A DNA stretch of 64,000 nucleotides from the human T2T-CHM13v2.0 reference genome, Homo sapiens (GCF_009914755.1 NC_060938.1), one strand, 5' to 3'. Counted from the stretch's first letter, positions 1 to 15,543 are shown. Numbers and translations: made by a program. The notes: generated from the sequence alone by a model not told the origin.

Positions 1-782
1 AGCGTATTCCCAAGCATGAGTTCTTTCAAGAAATATTTTTTTGTGGACCTTCTATGGATTAAGACACTCTTTCATCCTGGAGAGAGCCCACAGTCTAGTG
101 GGAGAGAAAGACACATAAACAAATATCTACTTTACAGCGTGATGACCGGTATTAACACAGGTCTGAACAAGGTGCAGCGGTGAGAGAGCAAAAGCAGTGC
201 CTCAGAAACACAGGGATATCCTCTCACAGCAGGTGACATTTGGCGGGATCTTGGAAAATGAGTAAGGGGATCCAAGATCGAATCCGAGGGCTATGCTAGG
301 GCGATTCGATTCCATCCCCACTTTGGCTTAGGGACCTCTTCTATATCCTCAGTAAACTTCCCTTCTCAGAGCATTTATTAAAACCTCCTTGGCCTTTCCA
401 GACGAATGTCTGGCTACGTAAACTGTGAGCTCTGTAGGGCAGAGGTGGCGACGGTTCAGTTATATAAATCCAGTGCCCGGCTCAATAAGGGTATGTGGAA
501 TGGATGAATCCATTAATGAATAAAGACAGCAGACCTCCACAAAAGCCCGCCGGCCGGGCGCCTTTTCCTACCGGCTGGGATCGCTTCGTCCAGCCTGATT
601 CACTCAGGAGGAATGCGCGAAGAGGCCGTCAGGAAGCCTCGCCCTAGACTCAAGAAAAGAACCTGGGAAAAGCTCAGGATCCTCCCAGGAAACAAGGACC
701 CTCACTGTGGCCCAGGGTCTGAAGGGACCGCGCTCCGGGTTCCTAAACCTGTGAAAGCGGCTTATCCCATTCCTTTACTTAC

Positions 783-823
783 ATTCGCGAGGGAAAGATT
801 TCAATTCGGTCTTTGCCCGACAT
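783..823 (-). CDS. ATP6V1D: V-ATPase V1 subunit D, first coding exon (rest of gene lies left of window)
   Basis: ATG at 823-821 reads MSGKDRIEIFPSR(M), the N-terminus of V-ATPase D; canonical donor GTAAGT at 782-777 after 41 nt. Confidence 0.95.
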
Positions 824-970
824 TCTGACGATAACTTTTCGGCTCGGGTCCCCGGCCGGGCAACCGAGGCTGCAATAGCTCCAGAACTGGCCTCCACAGT
901 GTCTTCCTCTACGGGAGTCAGCTGGTTGTGTCACTTGACCCCTCTTGTTGCTAAGAGGCAGCAGGGACAC

Positions 971-992
971 CCATTTTCACTTCCGCTTCCGG
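971..992. promoter_or_regulatory. Tandem ETS/GABP sites with adjacent YY1-like CCATTTT
   Basis: CCATTTTCACTTCCGCTTCCGG contains two CTTCCG cores 6 bp apart, typical of bidirectional promoters. Confidence 0.6.
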
Positions 993-1430
993 TTGTCACA
1001 GGCGACGAAGGGGGAGGACAGAACAGAGGCGTTGCCCGGATGTCGAGGCGCGCGCACCGCGGAACCACCCCTCAATTCCGGTTCGCCTCCCAACCCCTCC
1101 CCATCCAGCTTCCCTGCGGCTGCGCAATACGCGGCACGCGCCAGGCCAAAGACTAGGAGCGAAGCGTGCACGCCTTGTCTTTCTCCACCTTTCGTCTTTG
1201 GTCACAGCGCCATCTCATGGTTAGCTGAAACTTTGAAAGAGGATTCATTCTTCAGAGGCAAGGAATCGGAGTCCTATGTCTTTCTCGCGCCTTGAAGGTT
1301 ACTTAGCTAAAGCTAAGATAGCGAGAAACAGTACTTTTCAGGTCCTTCCATGATCTACATTCGTCCTTGTTCTCGGAGGACCCAGACTCTATGGTTAATG
1401 ATGAAGAGGGGCCTCTATTCGTTCAGCGCT

Positions 1431-1459
1431 TGCGCATGCGAGGAGGTTCCGCATGCGCG
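1431..1459. promoter_or_regulatory. Tandem NRF1 (alpha-Pal) sites at the EIF2S1 start
   Basis: TGCGCATGCGA (1431-1441) and CCGCATGCGCG (1449-1459) match the NRF1 palindrome YGCGCATGCGCR; alpha-Pal/NRF1 is an established eIF2-alpha promoter factor. Confidence 0.85.
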
Positions 1460-1581
1460 GTGGAGTGAGCGAAGCGCACGCTGAGGAGGATCGGCGGCCG
1501 GTGAGGGGGAAGCAAGTCTGGTCTCTGTGATTGAAGAAGTCGGCTCTGGGCTCCAGTGCGGGAATCACACACATACCTCAG
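1455..1581 (+). other. EIF2S1: EIF2S1 non-coding exon 1 (5' UTR; start approximate)
   Basis: Ends ...ATACCTCAG|GTGACT (donor at 1582); splicing to 5892 gives ...CTCAG-A-ATG. Confidence 0.8.
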
Positions 1582-3130
1582 GTGACTAATCCCAAGCTCG
1601 GTTTCTCCAGGAACTCACTTTGGTTTGTGTCCAGTGACATGGGTGTTCGAGAGCGGGTAGGCCCCGGGCTAATACCTCCCTTTCCCGTCCCTGCGCGGGA
1701 AGTGGCTGGACAGCACCGCCACCACCCGCGCTGTCGTGGGCCTCCTCGCCGGCTCCGTGTAGGTCATCCTGTGTTCCAGAGGCATCGTTGTTCGAGCAGA
1801 GGAATCTCGTGAAGGAAAGTGGGCCGAGTGGATTGTACAGCCTCTACAATATGCCGAAAGTGAGAATGCCATGACGATGGGGCGGTCTCAGGAGAACGCT
1901 GTGACACCGTAACTCTTAACCCCGGCTCAGGACGCTGAGCACTTTGCTTTTTCCAGGCTTGAGAATTCCATCTTTTCTTCCGCCCCAACAGCTCTACCAA
2001 AAATTTCCCCTGCGTCTCAGTGGAAACCAAACTGGCCTCTTACCTGAGAAACCTGTGGGACGGGCACCGTGTTGGAAAGAGCGGGGTCCGAGTAGTTTTT
2101 CATCTGATAATTGAATGAGTCACCCCTTGAACCAAAACTAAATGAGACTTGAGTTTATTACTGTTACTATCAGTTTGTCGTATTTTGGCGACAATGAGAA
2201 TAGAACTGTGTTAAGCATATGTTAGGTTAACTATGTTAGTTAAGCATAACTAAAACCTAAGATAAGGATATATTTTCGGGTTAAATACACAGTCATGCTG
2301 AGGTCTCTTTATCCTCAAAACTTAGGCTTTTTAAATTTTTATTAAGCAAAAAACATGGTTTCTTCGAGAAAAAGTATAGCAGAGAAGTCTTTATTTCCCC
2401 TCAATTGAGTTGTTATTCAAGGAACAATCTCTGTCAATAGTTTGGGGGTGACTTGTACAGAACTTTGCTACCTATTCTTAGTTCATCTGGTGCCAAAAGA
2501 TGTAGTTGTCTCATGCACAGTAATGTTTGTAGAGATTCGGTGATAACTTTCTTTTTCAACTATAATGATGAAATAAAAGCTTTACTTATGTAGCACTCCT
2601 ATACCAAGAACTAGCATTCAGAGAGCATTCCTAATACGTGTTAGATCCAAATTAGAATTATCACGAGAGTTGTCCCCATCACATAATATATTTTGGAAAG
2701 GAATGTGAACTTCTATATCCATTATAGCAGTTTGACCATGCACTGTTTTGAGAAAGAAGTCCTACCTACCATTTGTCATGCAAAATAACTGACTATGCAG
2801 GGTATTTGAAATTAGCCTGGAGTTTGGTTGATATATTTTGAAAGGTGGCTGATACTTTTTACATCAGAACACATAAGAGTATTATAGCATGTTGTGATAT
2901 TGAGGTTCTGTGGGTTAAAGACATTCTGGATTTGATGTCGGATTACTTGAGTTTAGCTCCTACGCTAGTACTTATTAAGCATTTGTTCTTAAGGAAGTAT
3001 TATAATTTAGTATTTCTGTTCCACCTTTCCTGTTCATTGCTTCACTGTGCCCTTTCATAGTACTTTGTATTGTAATTATTTGCTTGCTAGTTTGTTTCCC
3101 ACTCTATACTTAATTACTTAGGTAAGAGTC

Positions 3131-3444
3131 TTTTTTTTTTTTCTTTTTTCTTTTTTCTTTTTTTTTTTGAGACAGAGTCTCTGTTGCCCAGGCTGGAGTG
3201 TAGTGGCACGATCTCAGCTCACTGTAGCCTCTGCCCCTGGGTTCAAGGGATTCTCCTGCCTCAGCCACTATAGTAGTGGGATTACAGGTGCCTGCCACCA
3301 CACCCAGCTAATTTTGGTATTTTTAGTAGAAATGGGGTTTCACCATGTTGACCAGGCTGGCCTCGAACTCCTGGTTTCAAGTGATCCACCCGCCTCGGCC
3401 TCCCAAAGTGCTGGGATTACAGGTGTGAGCCACTGCGCCTGGCC
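3131..3444 (-). mobile_element. AluS
   Basis: Full dimer, poly-T head on + strand, TSD GGTAAGAGTCTTT. Confidence 0.92.
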
Positions 3445-5871
3445 TGGTAAGAGTCTTTCTTGTTGTATCATTAGTGCTTAGTACATAGTAGCTACTGAAA
3501 AAAAAATTAACAAATTATTATATTACAAAATGGAAATACCTTCTTTTTCTTTCAATATTTTATGTTTGACTAGCACATAATGGTTTTCAAAATGTTTTTA
3601 CGTATACATGTGATACCCTCAGTAAACCTGTGATGTACATGGCACAGATGAGAAACTACAGTTCAAAGGATGTTATCTTTCCCAAGCAGCCACTTCTAGT
3701 AAGTAGCAGAGCAAGGACTGGAACACAAGGCTAGAGTTGTTCCCCGAGTTTACTATGTTAATTGCCTGATTTGACACTTCTTGAGGACCAAATAAAATAA
3801 GAATGCTGTGAAAAAGATAAAGAGGTGAAGTCACCTAGTGTGACTTCGATATTGCGGAATGATTTTTTTAAGTTAAAAAAAAAATTTAAGTTATTAGCAT
3901 TTCATTAGGCAATATGTTCAAAAATTGTCAACCAATATGCAGGTTTTTGTGGTATGGATTCTTTTTGTACTTAACTACTATCTATCTTTACTATGAATAA
4001 CATACCATCAACAGTATTCCTTTACTTACCCTTTATGTTGCAAAGAGACTTGTGCCTCCTGAAGAAATAGTATTCATAGTCATATCCCTTCAGGATTCTC
4101 TTACATGATTGCCCATGTTTTTTAACCATCAAATTAAGCCTTGCTTCCCCTAAAAGCATCACCTTTACTGTTTGGAGAAGCTTGGTAAGTAAATGTGGTT
4201 TTCACTGGTCAAATGTCTTGCAACTGTTCCATACATTTCTGTAACATAGTTTATTTTTATGCCCAATTTGAAACTTTTTAGCTCTCAAATTTGAGAGCTT
4301 TACATACACATATTCAACAACAGTTTCCCCACCCCCACCCTCGAAAAGCCCTGTTTAAAAACGAAACAAACAGTCAGCTGTTTCTTGGTGGGTAAGGCCA
4401 TTGAATGTCTACTTCTCTTTATTTGCTAAATCCCTATTTTGTAGGGATTTTGTATTCCCTACAAAGAAATACATCTCTGCTACTGTCATTAATATGCTGC
4501 TCTTTGTTGTCAAACAGATGAGTACTAATAGTTTGCACTTATTGGTGTTATGTACTCTGGCACTGAATATATATTAATGTTGCTTTTTAAGTAAAATGTT
4601 TCTAATTATAATATATTTATGAATAGTTTTGAGAGAATATAGTCTTACTGATAAGAGGACAGACTCTGGATCCAGACTTCATGGATTCAAATCCTGACTC
4701 ATCACCTGTTAGCAGTATGTGAAAGAACAAGTAACTTAACCTGTGCTTCAGTTTTTTAATCTATAAAATGGGGAGAACTAGGGAGAAAGTTGTACCACAA
4801 GGAGATAGGCAATGGCCAGATCATATAGGATTCTGTAGGTAGTGGAAAGATACATAAGTCAGTGGGAAGCCACTGAGAAGATATAGGCAGGTGCCAATTA
4901 ATAAGTTATTATATGAATTTTCACAAGGTTTTCTTAGGCCTTTAAGTTCTGTTACTACCTACGTTTTGAGCAGTGACAACAGTGAAGGTTAACAGAAAAA
5001 CATGAAAATCATCAGCCATGATTAGTTTGAGAGCTTCCTTTTTTAAATATGCTTCTACCCAGGCTATGATTTCAGGCTTGTGGATCATAAAAGGAGTAGT
5101 GCTGAAAGTAGGTTGGGTGGATCAAAGGGAATAATTGTAAATATCTTTAATGCTTGGAGGTTAAGAGAAACTTGAACTTTGTAGTAATGGAGATTAAAGC
5201 TATTCTCAAGATTAGGTATACCTATTCAATAAAAGAAAGGAATATTTGGGAGTATTGGGGATAAGAGAAGCTAGACATTGTGAATTCAAGGAAAAAGAAT
5301 TATGAGAGGAGGATGCATTTTAGTTTATTTTGTGATTAAAATTTTTTTAGTTTTTGTTGTTTTGACATGTGACACTGTAATTTTGGCTATAATAAATGAC
5401 AGAATGTATCATTTGGTATATTGGTTAGGGTTTAGGTAGAAAATTTTTTCCTTTATATAGTGAGTGGTAGCGTATACAATGTTTGCTCACTTCGGCAAAG
5501 AGTAGCTTTAGTTTTCTGATTAGTTATAATAGTGATGCTTCCCATCATTTGATATGCCTTAAAGTAGTATTTTACTCTTGAGGTATTCCTTTAATCCTTA
5601 GGTCTTGGAGTACTTTATAGATGGTCATTATTTTTTATGATTCCTCTGAAACTAAAGGCAGAGAATCACCCAAGCATTACAAAAATGTTGAGCAAAATAA
5701 AAATTAAAGCTTGGTTCCTGAACATTATCTGTTTTCTGGTACCACTTAAGAAGTTTCAAAGGATGAGAAGACTAAGACTAATAACTATTTTTTTCTTCAT
5801 CTTTTCTTTCAGTGGCAGGATGTGGAAATTGATTTTTTTTTTATTTTCACCTTAACTGAATACTTACTTAA

Positions 5872-6138
<267 letters not shown>

Positions 6139-7206
6139 TGAGAAAAATATCTGTAATATAAATTTCAGATTTAAAATGGTTTATTTAAAAATACATTTTT
6201 TGTAAATTGCAAGCTGCAGCTTAAAAAAAAAAGCTCCTTTTATACTTAAACCTTTTACATACAAAGTTGTTAGAAAAGGATGCCAATTAGCTATCTAAGC
6301 AAGATCTCTTAATAGTAGTTTAATTAGTACATCCTAGGATTTTATGGATCAGATAACTTGAATTTTATTTCTAGTGTTTATCAGGATCTTGATAATTGAC
6401 TCATGGTAACCAAACTTAGAGACAGGTAAGTCAGAGTACTAGTTCATTTACATTGGTAGGCCTGAATATGTTGGATGCCTTTTTCTTGATTTAAAGCTAA
6501 AATAGTAATGAGATCACTGGGTAAGCATGAAAATGGGGCAAATGGATTTTAGGGATCTTTTATATAAGCTTTGAAAAAGCAATATACTATGCGTGTATAT
6601 ACACACCTGAAATCCAACATTGTATATCTTGCTGGTAATTAGAATGTTTGCATCTACCAGATCTCGTGGTATCTTTCAGACAGTTTTGGATGAGCATTCA
6701 TTTTTTACTTATTGGATGCCTTTTCTGGGCCCCATGTAAATCATCACCTTTGTGAATACTCTTTTTTTAAACATGGTGTACAATACCATTACGTAGGTTT
6801 TAGTTTCAGCCATCTTACTATAATTTGTTAGGTGTTAGTTTTAGGTCATTAGTTACCATCATGTCCGAAAGGCTTCATATCAGTCACCTTGATTCAACTT
6901 ACCCTTCTGAATCTCCTCAGCCGTCTGGTTTACTGATACTTTCTCACTTCTGCAAGTGATTAATTTTATACATACTGACATTTTAATTTTTTTTATTATA
7001 GCCTTAGATGATACATAGATTTTGAGGATGTCTTATGCCTTAGGTAGTGACTGCTACTTAGCACATGGATTGTTTTAAATGTTTTGCTATGACTTAGCTA
7101 TAGCCCCGCCCAAAATTATTAAACTACTTTGAGACTATTTGTTAAACTTAGGTAAGTCTTCACATCACTGTCCTAGTAGTACCTAAAGTAGTGTCTAATC
7201 TTGTAC

Positions 7207-7496
7207 TTTTTTTTTTTTTTTTTAAGAATTGGGGTCTTGCTCTGTCACCCAGGCTGCAGTGTAGTGGTATGATCATAGGTCGCTGCAGCCTTGAACTCCT
7301 GTGTTCAAGTGTTCCTCAAGCAGTCCTCCCAAGTAGCTGGAACTACAGGCATGTGCCACCCTGCCCAGCTAACTTTCTTTGTAGAGATGGGGTCTTGCTG
7401 TGTTGCCCAGGCTAGTCTTGAACTGGGCTCAAGCGATTCTCCTGCCTTGGCCTCACAAAGTACTGGGATTACAGGTGTGAGCCACTGTGCTCAGCC
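7207..7496 (-). mobile_element. AluJ-like
   Basis: Diverged Alu dimer. Confidence 0.85.
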
Positions 7497-8272
7497 TTCT
7501 TTTTCTATTGTATAAAATATACACAAAAGGAGGAATCAAATATGTTTTTAGTTGCAATCAGAAAAAATATGGAATGGCATACTTGCTTACGTACAGTAGA
7601 TACATGTAAAGATATTTCCATAGCATTTGTTTGTATGGCATTAACTAAAACCAGGAAATGACCAAAATGGGGACTGGTTAAATAAATCAGTACAAATGCG
7701 TGCAATGCAATTTTATGCAGAATGAGATCTGAATATTTTGATATGGAAGATCTCCAGGATAGGATGAGAAAAAGCAAAGTGCAAAAGAGCCTGTAGAGAG
7801 GATTCATTTTGATACTAGAGAATTATGTCCTCCTAGACAAGCCTTTCAACGTAAATGCCATAAACCCTGAACAAGTATGAAAAATAACTACCTAAAGACA
7901 ATGAGAAGCAGCCAAAAGCAGGCCAAAATTGAAAATTTGAAGGTGAGTCGACACTTATAAGAAAGGGTATGTTTTCTGTTTTACACCTTTTTTTTTGACC
8001 TAAGTACATGCTGAAGACAGCTTCAAGCCAGGCAGCTAAGGTTCTAGCAGAAAATTTATGGTCTTATTGGCTTTAGAACTGGAGGCGAGAGTTGTAGACA
8101 ACCATAGTAGATGGAAACTGGTGGTGATAGTGGTGAGGGTTAGAGAAAGGAGGCGGCAGGCACAAAGGGAGATCCCCTAAGTCTATATAAATTCTTCCCA
8201 AATCTCTGGTTTGTCCCTGAACTACTGAAACACAGGGTGGACTCCAGGTAGCCTAATAGGGGAAAAATCTGA

Positions 8273-8651
<379 letters not shown>

Positions 8652-8756
8652 CCCCATCCAGGTCACTTTGTGCTAAGTGTTCTACACTTGGTCAGCATTC
8701 TCATAAATACGGTGCATGGAATGGAACACGGTGGGCACGTTGCGTGAACTCACAAA

Positions 8757-8972
8757 TTCAAGACCAGCTGGGGCAACATGGCAAAACCTCATCTCTACAA
8801 AAAATACAAAAATTAGCTGGGCGTGGTGGTGCACCCTGTAGTCCCAGCTTCTCGGGCGGCTGAGGTAGGGGGATGGTTTGAGCCCAGGAGGCGGAGGCTG
8901 CAGTGAGCCAAGATTGCACCGCTGCACTCCAACCTGGGTGATAGAACCAGACCTTGTCTCAAAAAAAAAAAA
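8757..8972 (+). mobile_element. 5'-truncated Alu
   Basis: Starts at TTCAAGACCAGC, ends in an A-tail. Confidence 0.85.
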
Positions 8973-10965
8973 GAGAGAGGTGAAGGAAGTTCTTTAAGCT
9001 GAAGAGATGTGATGACCTGACATGGAAAATATATAGGTAAATGTAAAAGACTATTTTTGCCCTTCTTAGTTTCTTTAAAAATATATTTAACTATTTGTCT
9101 CATTTGTGCCTGTGGGATTGTAATCTATAGAGGTGACTGAGTGATGACACAGTCCAATGCCCTTGAAAGAAAACTTTTACTACTTATATTGCCTGAGAGA
9201 AGGGGGCTTGATGTGCCATGCAGGGCCACATGGGGAAGCACCAGTTTTAGTCAGGAGTCACAAGGAACTAGGGGAAAAAGTAGGTCAGAGCTTTTGTTGG
9301 AGTTTCTGCAGGAAAAGCAAGGCAGAGCAGCGTAAACGGCTTGCAGTTGGCTAGTTTGAATGCTTTTGGCGGGCCTTGGGGCATAAAGACTGCCCTGCTT
9401 GTCTAATACCTGGCCCTTGACTTACAGCAGGGAGAATTTTGGCTTGGTGTATGAGTTTATGGGCTCCAGATTGGCTGCTCTGCATAAGAAAGGCATGCTA
9501 CCAAGCAAGCCCTTTGCTGACTCCTCCCCACCTGACGGAGGGGCAGTCTCTCCACAAATGTCAGAGCCTCAAGAATACAGAAAATAAGAAAATATTTAGT
9601 TACTACTAATAATATTAATAATAAAATATATAGTTAATACAGTTGGCTCTGTGATTAATGGATGCCAAGTAGTTAAATATAGAAGCTAAGAAAACAGAAT
9701 ACTGTTTAAAGCAGGCTTAGTACACTTGACAACTTAATCACAAAGGCCAGGAGGTGTGGGGTAAATAGATCTATATGATTCTTAACGATTCTTACATTTT
9801 ATGTGCAGTAGTAAAATTAAAAGGTTAAGGATGTATATTGTAAATTCTAGAACAACCATTAAATAAGCCAGTTGCAGTGGTCTGTGCTTGTAGTCACAGC
9901 TGTTCGGGAGGCTGAGGTGGGAGAGTCACTTGAGGTCAGTAGTTCAAGACCAGCCTGGGCAACATAGTGAAACTATCTCTAGAAATAAGTAAGTAAAATA
10001 CAAAATACACTATTGTAAAAGCCAAAGATATATTAAAATGGAATTCTAGAAAACATTAACCTAAAAGAAAACTCAAAAGAAAAAAACAAAAACCAGAAAG
10101 AACAAATAGAAAACAAATACCTAAAATGTAGGTATTCAATTATTCAGTTATTGATACAACTGAATTCATTTATATCAGTAATTAAATGTAAATCAAGTAA
10201 ATATTCCAGCTAAAAGGCAGAGATTGTTAGGATGAATTAAAAAGCAAGACTCGACGATAATCCTGTCTACAAGAGATATACTTGGTTGAAAATAAATGGA
10301 TATAAAAAGATATGCTATGCAGACAATACCTTAAGGAGACAGTGTCTATTAATATTAGATAAAGTAGATTTAAAGACATAGTATTTTCAGATTTAAACAG
10401 GGACATTTTGTAATGATAAAGGGTCAATTTGTTAGAAGGAAAACAACAGTCATCACTGTGTATGTGCCTAATAATAGAGTTCAAAATATAAAGCAGAAAT
10501 TGAATTCAAGAGAGAAATAGACAAATCTATAATCATAGTTGGAAGTTTGAACAAGCTCTGAACAATTGGAGAAACAATTAGATCAATGAAGACCTTGACT
10601 TGTTTGATACCTAGAACACTGCACCCAGAAAAGGCAAAATACACATTATTTTCAAGTGTGCATGACATTCACCAAGATAGACAATAAGGTGAGCTATAAT
10701 ATTAATACAACTCTAAATAAATTTCTAAGGGTTGGAATACAAATATGTTCTCTGATCACACTGGAAGTAATTTTGAAATCAGTGTCATATCTTGGGAGGG
10801 AAGAGTTTGCAGTATTAAATAAGCCCTTCCAAATAATTCATATATTAAAGCCTTAAGGGAAAATTTATAGCTTTAATTACTTATATTAGAAAAGAATAAA
10901 GATCTAAAACAGTTATCTAGGCTTTTGTTTTAGAAGATAAAAGAAAGGAAAGGTAAACTCAAAGT

Positions 10966-11456
10966 TGCTGAGACCAGCTCTGTTGGGGAGACCCTAACCC
11001 AGAGGCGCTAGAGGAATTAAAGACACACACACACAAATATAGGGGTGTGAAGTGGGAAATCAGGGGTCTCACAGCCTTCAGAGCTGAGAGCCCCGAACAG
11101 AGATTTACCCACATATTTATTAACAGCAAACCAGTCATTAGCATTGTTTCTATAGATACTAAATTAACTAAAAGTATCCCTTATGGGAAATGAAGGGATG
11201 GGCCGAATTAATTGCAGCAGGAACACGTCCTTAAGACACAGATCACTCATGCTTTTGTTTGTGGCTTAAGAATGCCTTTAAGCAGTTTTCTGCCCTGGGC
11301 GGGCCAGGTGTTCCTTGCCCTCATTCCTGTAAACCCACAACCTTCCAGCTTGGGCGTTAGGACCATTATGGACATGTCGCAGTGCTGCAGAGATTTTGTT
11401 TATGGCCAGTCTTGGGGCCAGTTTATGGCTAGATTTTAGGGGGCTTTCTCCCAACA
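10966..11456 (-). mobile_element. MER9 solo LTR (HERV-K9/HML-3)
   Basis: TG...CA termini, perfect 6-bp TSD CAAAGT (10960-10965, 11457-11462); sequence matches recalled MER9 consensus; AATAAA on - strand at 11116-11121. Confidence 0.88.
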
Positions 11457-11869
11457 CAAAGTAAGTAGAAGAAAAGAAATAATAAGGATAAGATAATCGG
11501 TGAAAATAGAGTACCAGAAAATCAGAGAACAGTATCAAAGTTAAAAACTTGTTTTTTGTTTTTTTAAAAAAGAGCAAAATTGATAAACCCCTAGTTAGGC
11601 TGATGAAGAAAAGGAAATAACACAAATTACCAATCTGGAATGAGAATGGGGCTATCACTGCAGATGCTACAGACATTAAAAGGCTAATAAGGGAATATCA
11701 TTACCAATTTTATGCCAATCATCTCAACAAATCAGGTGAAATTAGTGAATTCCTTGCAAAATTTTACTTACTGAAACTGACCAATATAAAATAGAAATTT
11801 TGAGTGTCCTATATGTTAGAGAAATTGAATTTATTGTAAAAAATCTTTTCATCAAGAAAATTCGGTCCT

Positions 11870-12899
<1,030 letters not shown>

Positions 12900-13672
12900 A
12901 TTTTATGAGGCCATCATAACCCTGATAAGAAAACCCAACAAAGACATGTTTTTGTAAAAAAGCAAATTACTGACCAAATATGTGATTAGCATAGATAAAA
13001 CAATTAATATGTTTTTCAAATCCAACAATGTATAAAAAGGATAATAAAGCATGACCAAGTGGAGTGTATGGAATGCCAGTTTGGTTTAACAGTCATAACT
13101 TTATGTTGGCTGGGCATGGTGGCTGAGGCCTGTAATCTCAGCACTTTGGGAGGCCTAGGTGGGGGGATCACTTGAGCCCAGGAGTTCGAGACCAGCCTGG
13201 GCAACATAGCAGGACCTCACCTCTTTTGTTATCTCTCACTTCTTTTTATTTAAAAAAAAAATTAAAAAATTTATGTGTGCTTTTATATGATCAGTTAATT
13301 AACAAAAGTACAAAGGCAGCTGATCAAAGAAAAAATTATCTTTTTAACAAATGGTGCTGGGACAACTGGATGTCCATATGCAAAAAAGAACCTCAATTCA
13401 AACACCTCACCTTATACAAAAGTTAGCTTAAAATGAATCATAGATGTAAACTTCTAAGTACCTCTAGAAGAAAACAGGAATCTTTCTGACCTTGGATTAG
13501 GCAAAGATTTCTTAGATAGCACACTAAAAGCGTTATCCATGAAAGGAAAAATTGATTAATTGGACCTTATCAAAATTAAGAACTTATGTTCTTTAAAGAC
13601 ACTATAAAGAGAATAAAAAGACAAACCAGCATATTTTAAAAACTCTTGAACAACCTAAAAAATCCTGTATCT

Positions 13673-14158
<486 letters not shown>

Positions 14159-14965
14159 TTAAAAATCAATTGAGAGACATGGAGCAGTTCTAACTGCTCC
14201 ACATTGCTCATGGGAATGCAGAGTGCCACATTCACTTTGGGAAAGTTTGGCAGATAAAATTAACATGTACTTAATATATAACCCAGCTGTGCCATTTCTA
14301 GGAAAATTTATGTTCACAGAGAAACTTGTGTCCAGTTTTTAGTGGCTTCAGGGGTGATGGAACTTGATTTTGGTGGTGGTTAAATGACTGTTCTTTTTTT
14401 TAAACACAAAGAACTTAACACTAAAAGTGGTGAATTTTACTATATGTAAGTCATACAATTTTTAATGAAAAAGAATGCTCAGAATCTGAAATAAAATCAG
14501 TGTATATGAACAGAATATAGGAGGAAAACTACAACCAATTTAATAGATGTGAAAGGGCATTTGACAAAATTTGTCACCCATTCATAATAAGTCAGCAAAC
14601 AAGAACTAAAAGGGAATTTCCTAATCTGATAAAGAGTGTCTAGAAAAACACCACAGACATGCTGTCCTCCAGTATTGAGAACAAGACATTCACTCTCACC
14701 ACTGTTACTCAGCATTGTACTGGAAGTCATTGCCAGGCACAGGTTTGTAGGTTTCAGCCATTTTTGGCTATTTGACGTTGACAAGTTACTTAACCTTTCA
14801 TGGGTTTTAGTTTCTTCAGGTTAAAAAGACTGGGGGGCGCTGTGGGAAAGAGAGTGATAATCTACCATGCAGGATTGTTGTGAGGGTTCAAGAAGATGTT
14901 TAAGCACCTAACATAGTTACTTGTATATGGTAGTCATACAGTAGATTAGATAGTTTTAATTTGTT

Positions 14966-14967
<2 letters not shown>

Positions 14968-14999
<32 letters not shown>
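14968..14999 (+). repeat. (GT)16 microsatellite
   Basis: Direct read. Confidence 0.95.
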
Positions 15000-15000
<1 letters not shown>

Positions 15001-15223
15001 TTCTGTGACGATAGCCTCTTTCCTTAAACTAAATGAACATCTTAGTGAATTTTCCTATTCTGGAGAAGGAAAAGGAAGAAATAGGGGAAAGATAGGCATT
15101 TGACTACCTTTCATTTGGATAATTGAAAATTATTAGTTCTCTCCAGTAAGGTAATGGAATATATATAATTACCTGATAATAAAAATTTATTTCTGAAAAC
15201 AATTCAGAATCTCTCATCTTGTA

Positions 15224-15443
15224 CAGATTGAGTATCCCTTATCCCCAAATCCAAAATGCTCCAAAATCTGAAACTTTTGAGCACCAACATGACACTCAAA
15301 GGAAATGTTCATTGGAGCATTTCAGATTTTGGATTTTCAGATTCGGGATGCTCTAACTAGTAAATACATTGCAAATATTCCAAAATCTGAAATCCAAAAC
15401 ACTTTTGGTCCCAAGCATTTCTGATGAGGGATACTCAGCCTTG
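15224..15443. mobile_element. Tigger4a/MER46-type MITE just upstream of EIF2S1 exon 3
   Basis: TIRs CAGATTGAGTATCCC ... GGGATACTCAGCCTTG flanked by TA. Confidence 0.8.
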
Positions 15444-15543
15444 TAATACTTATGCAGTATTTTGTTGATAGGATTTTAGTAGGAAATAATTATAAGTATG
15501 CCAATCAAACACTTAATTTGGTCTTCAAAGCTGGTTACAATAG

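Larger units (their letters stand above)
545..2095. promoter_or_regulatory. CpG island / bidirectional promoter shared by ATP6V1D and EIF2S1
   Basis: High CpG density against AT-rich flanks; divergent first exons on either side; no clear TATA box near the starts. Limits approximate. Confidence 0.85.

Noticed and set aside
247-310. Two short adjacent inverted repeats (9 and 8 bp)
   Set aside because: Short arms with long loops are within chance expectation for 64 kb.
779-1295. Overlapping ORFs in the bidirectional promoter, including an in-frame upstream extension of ATP6V1D
   Set aside because: Expected by chance in CpG islands; mostly non-ATG starts and no recognisable homology.
2222-2260. 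AT-rich interrupted palindrome TTAGGTT...TTAGTTA/TAACTAA-AACCTAA
   Set aside because: Low complexity and weak stability; probably a local slippage scar.
4428-4465. Overlapping 9-10 bp hairpins sharing TAGGGA
   Set aside because: Short, deep intronic, and no supporting context.
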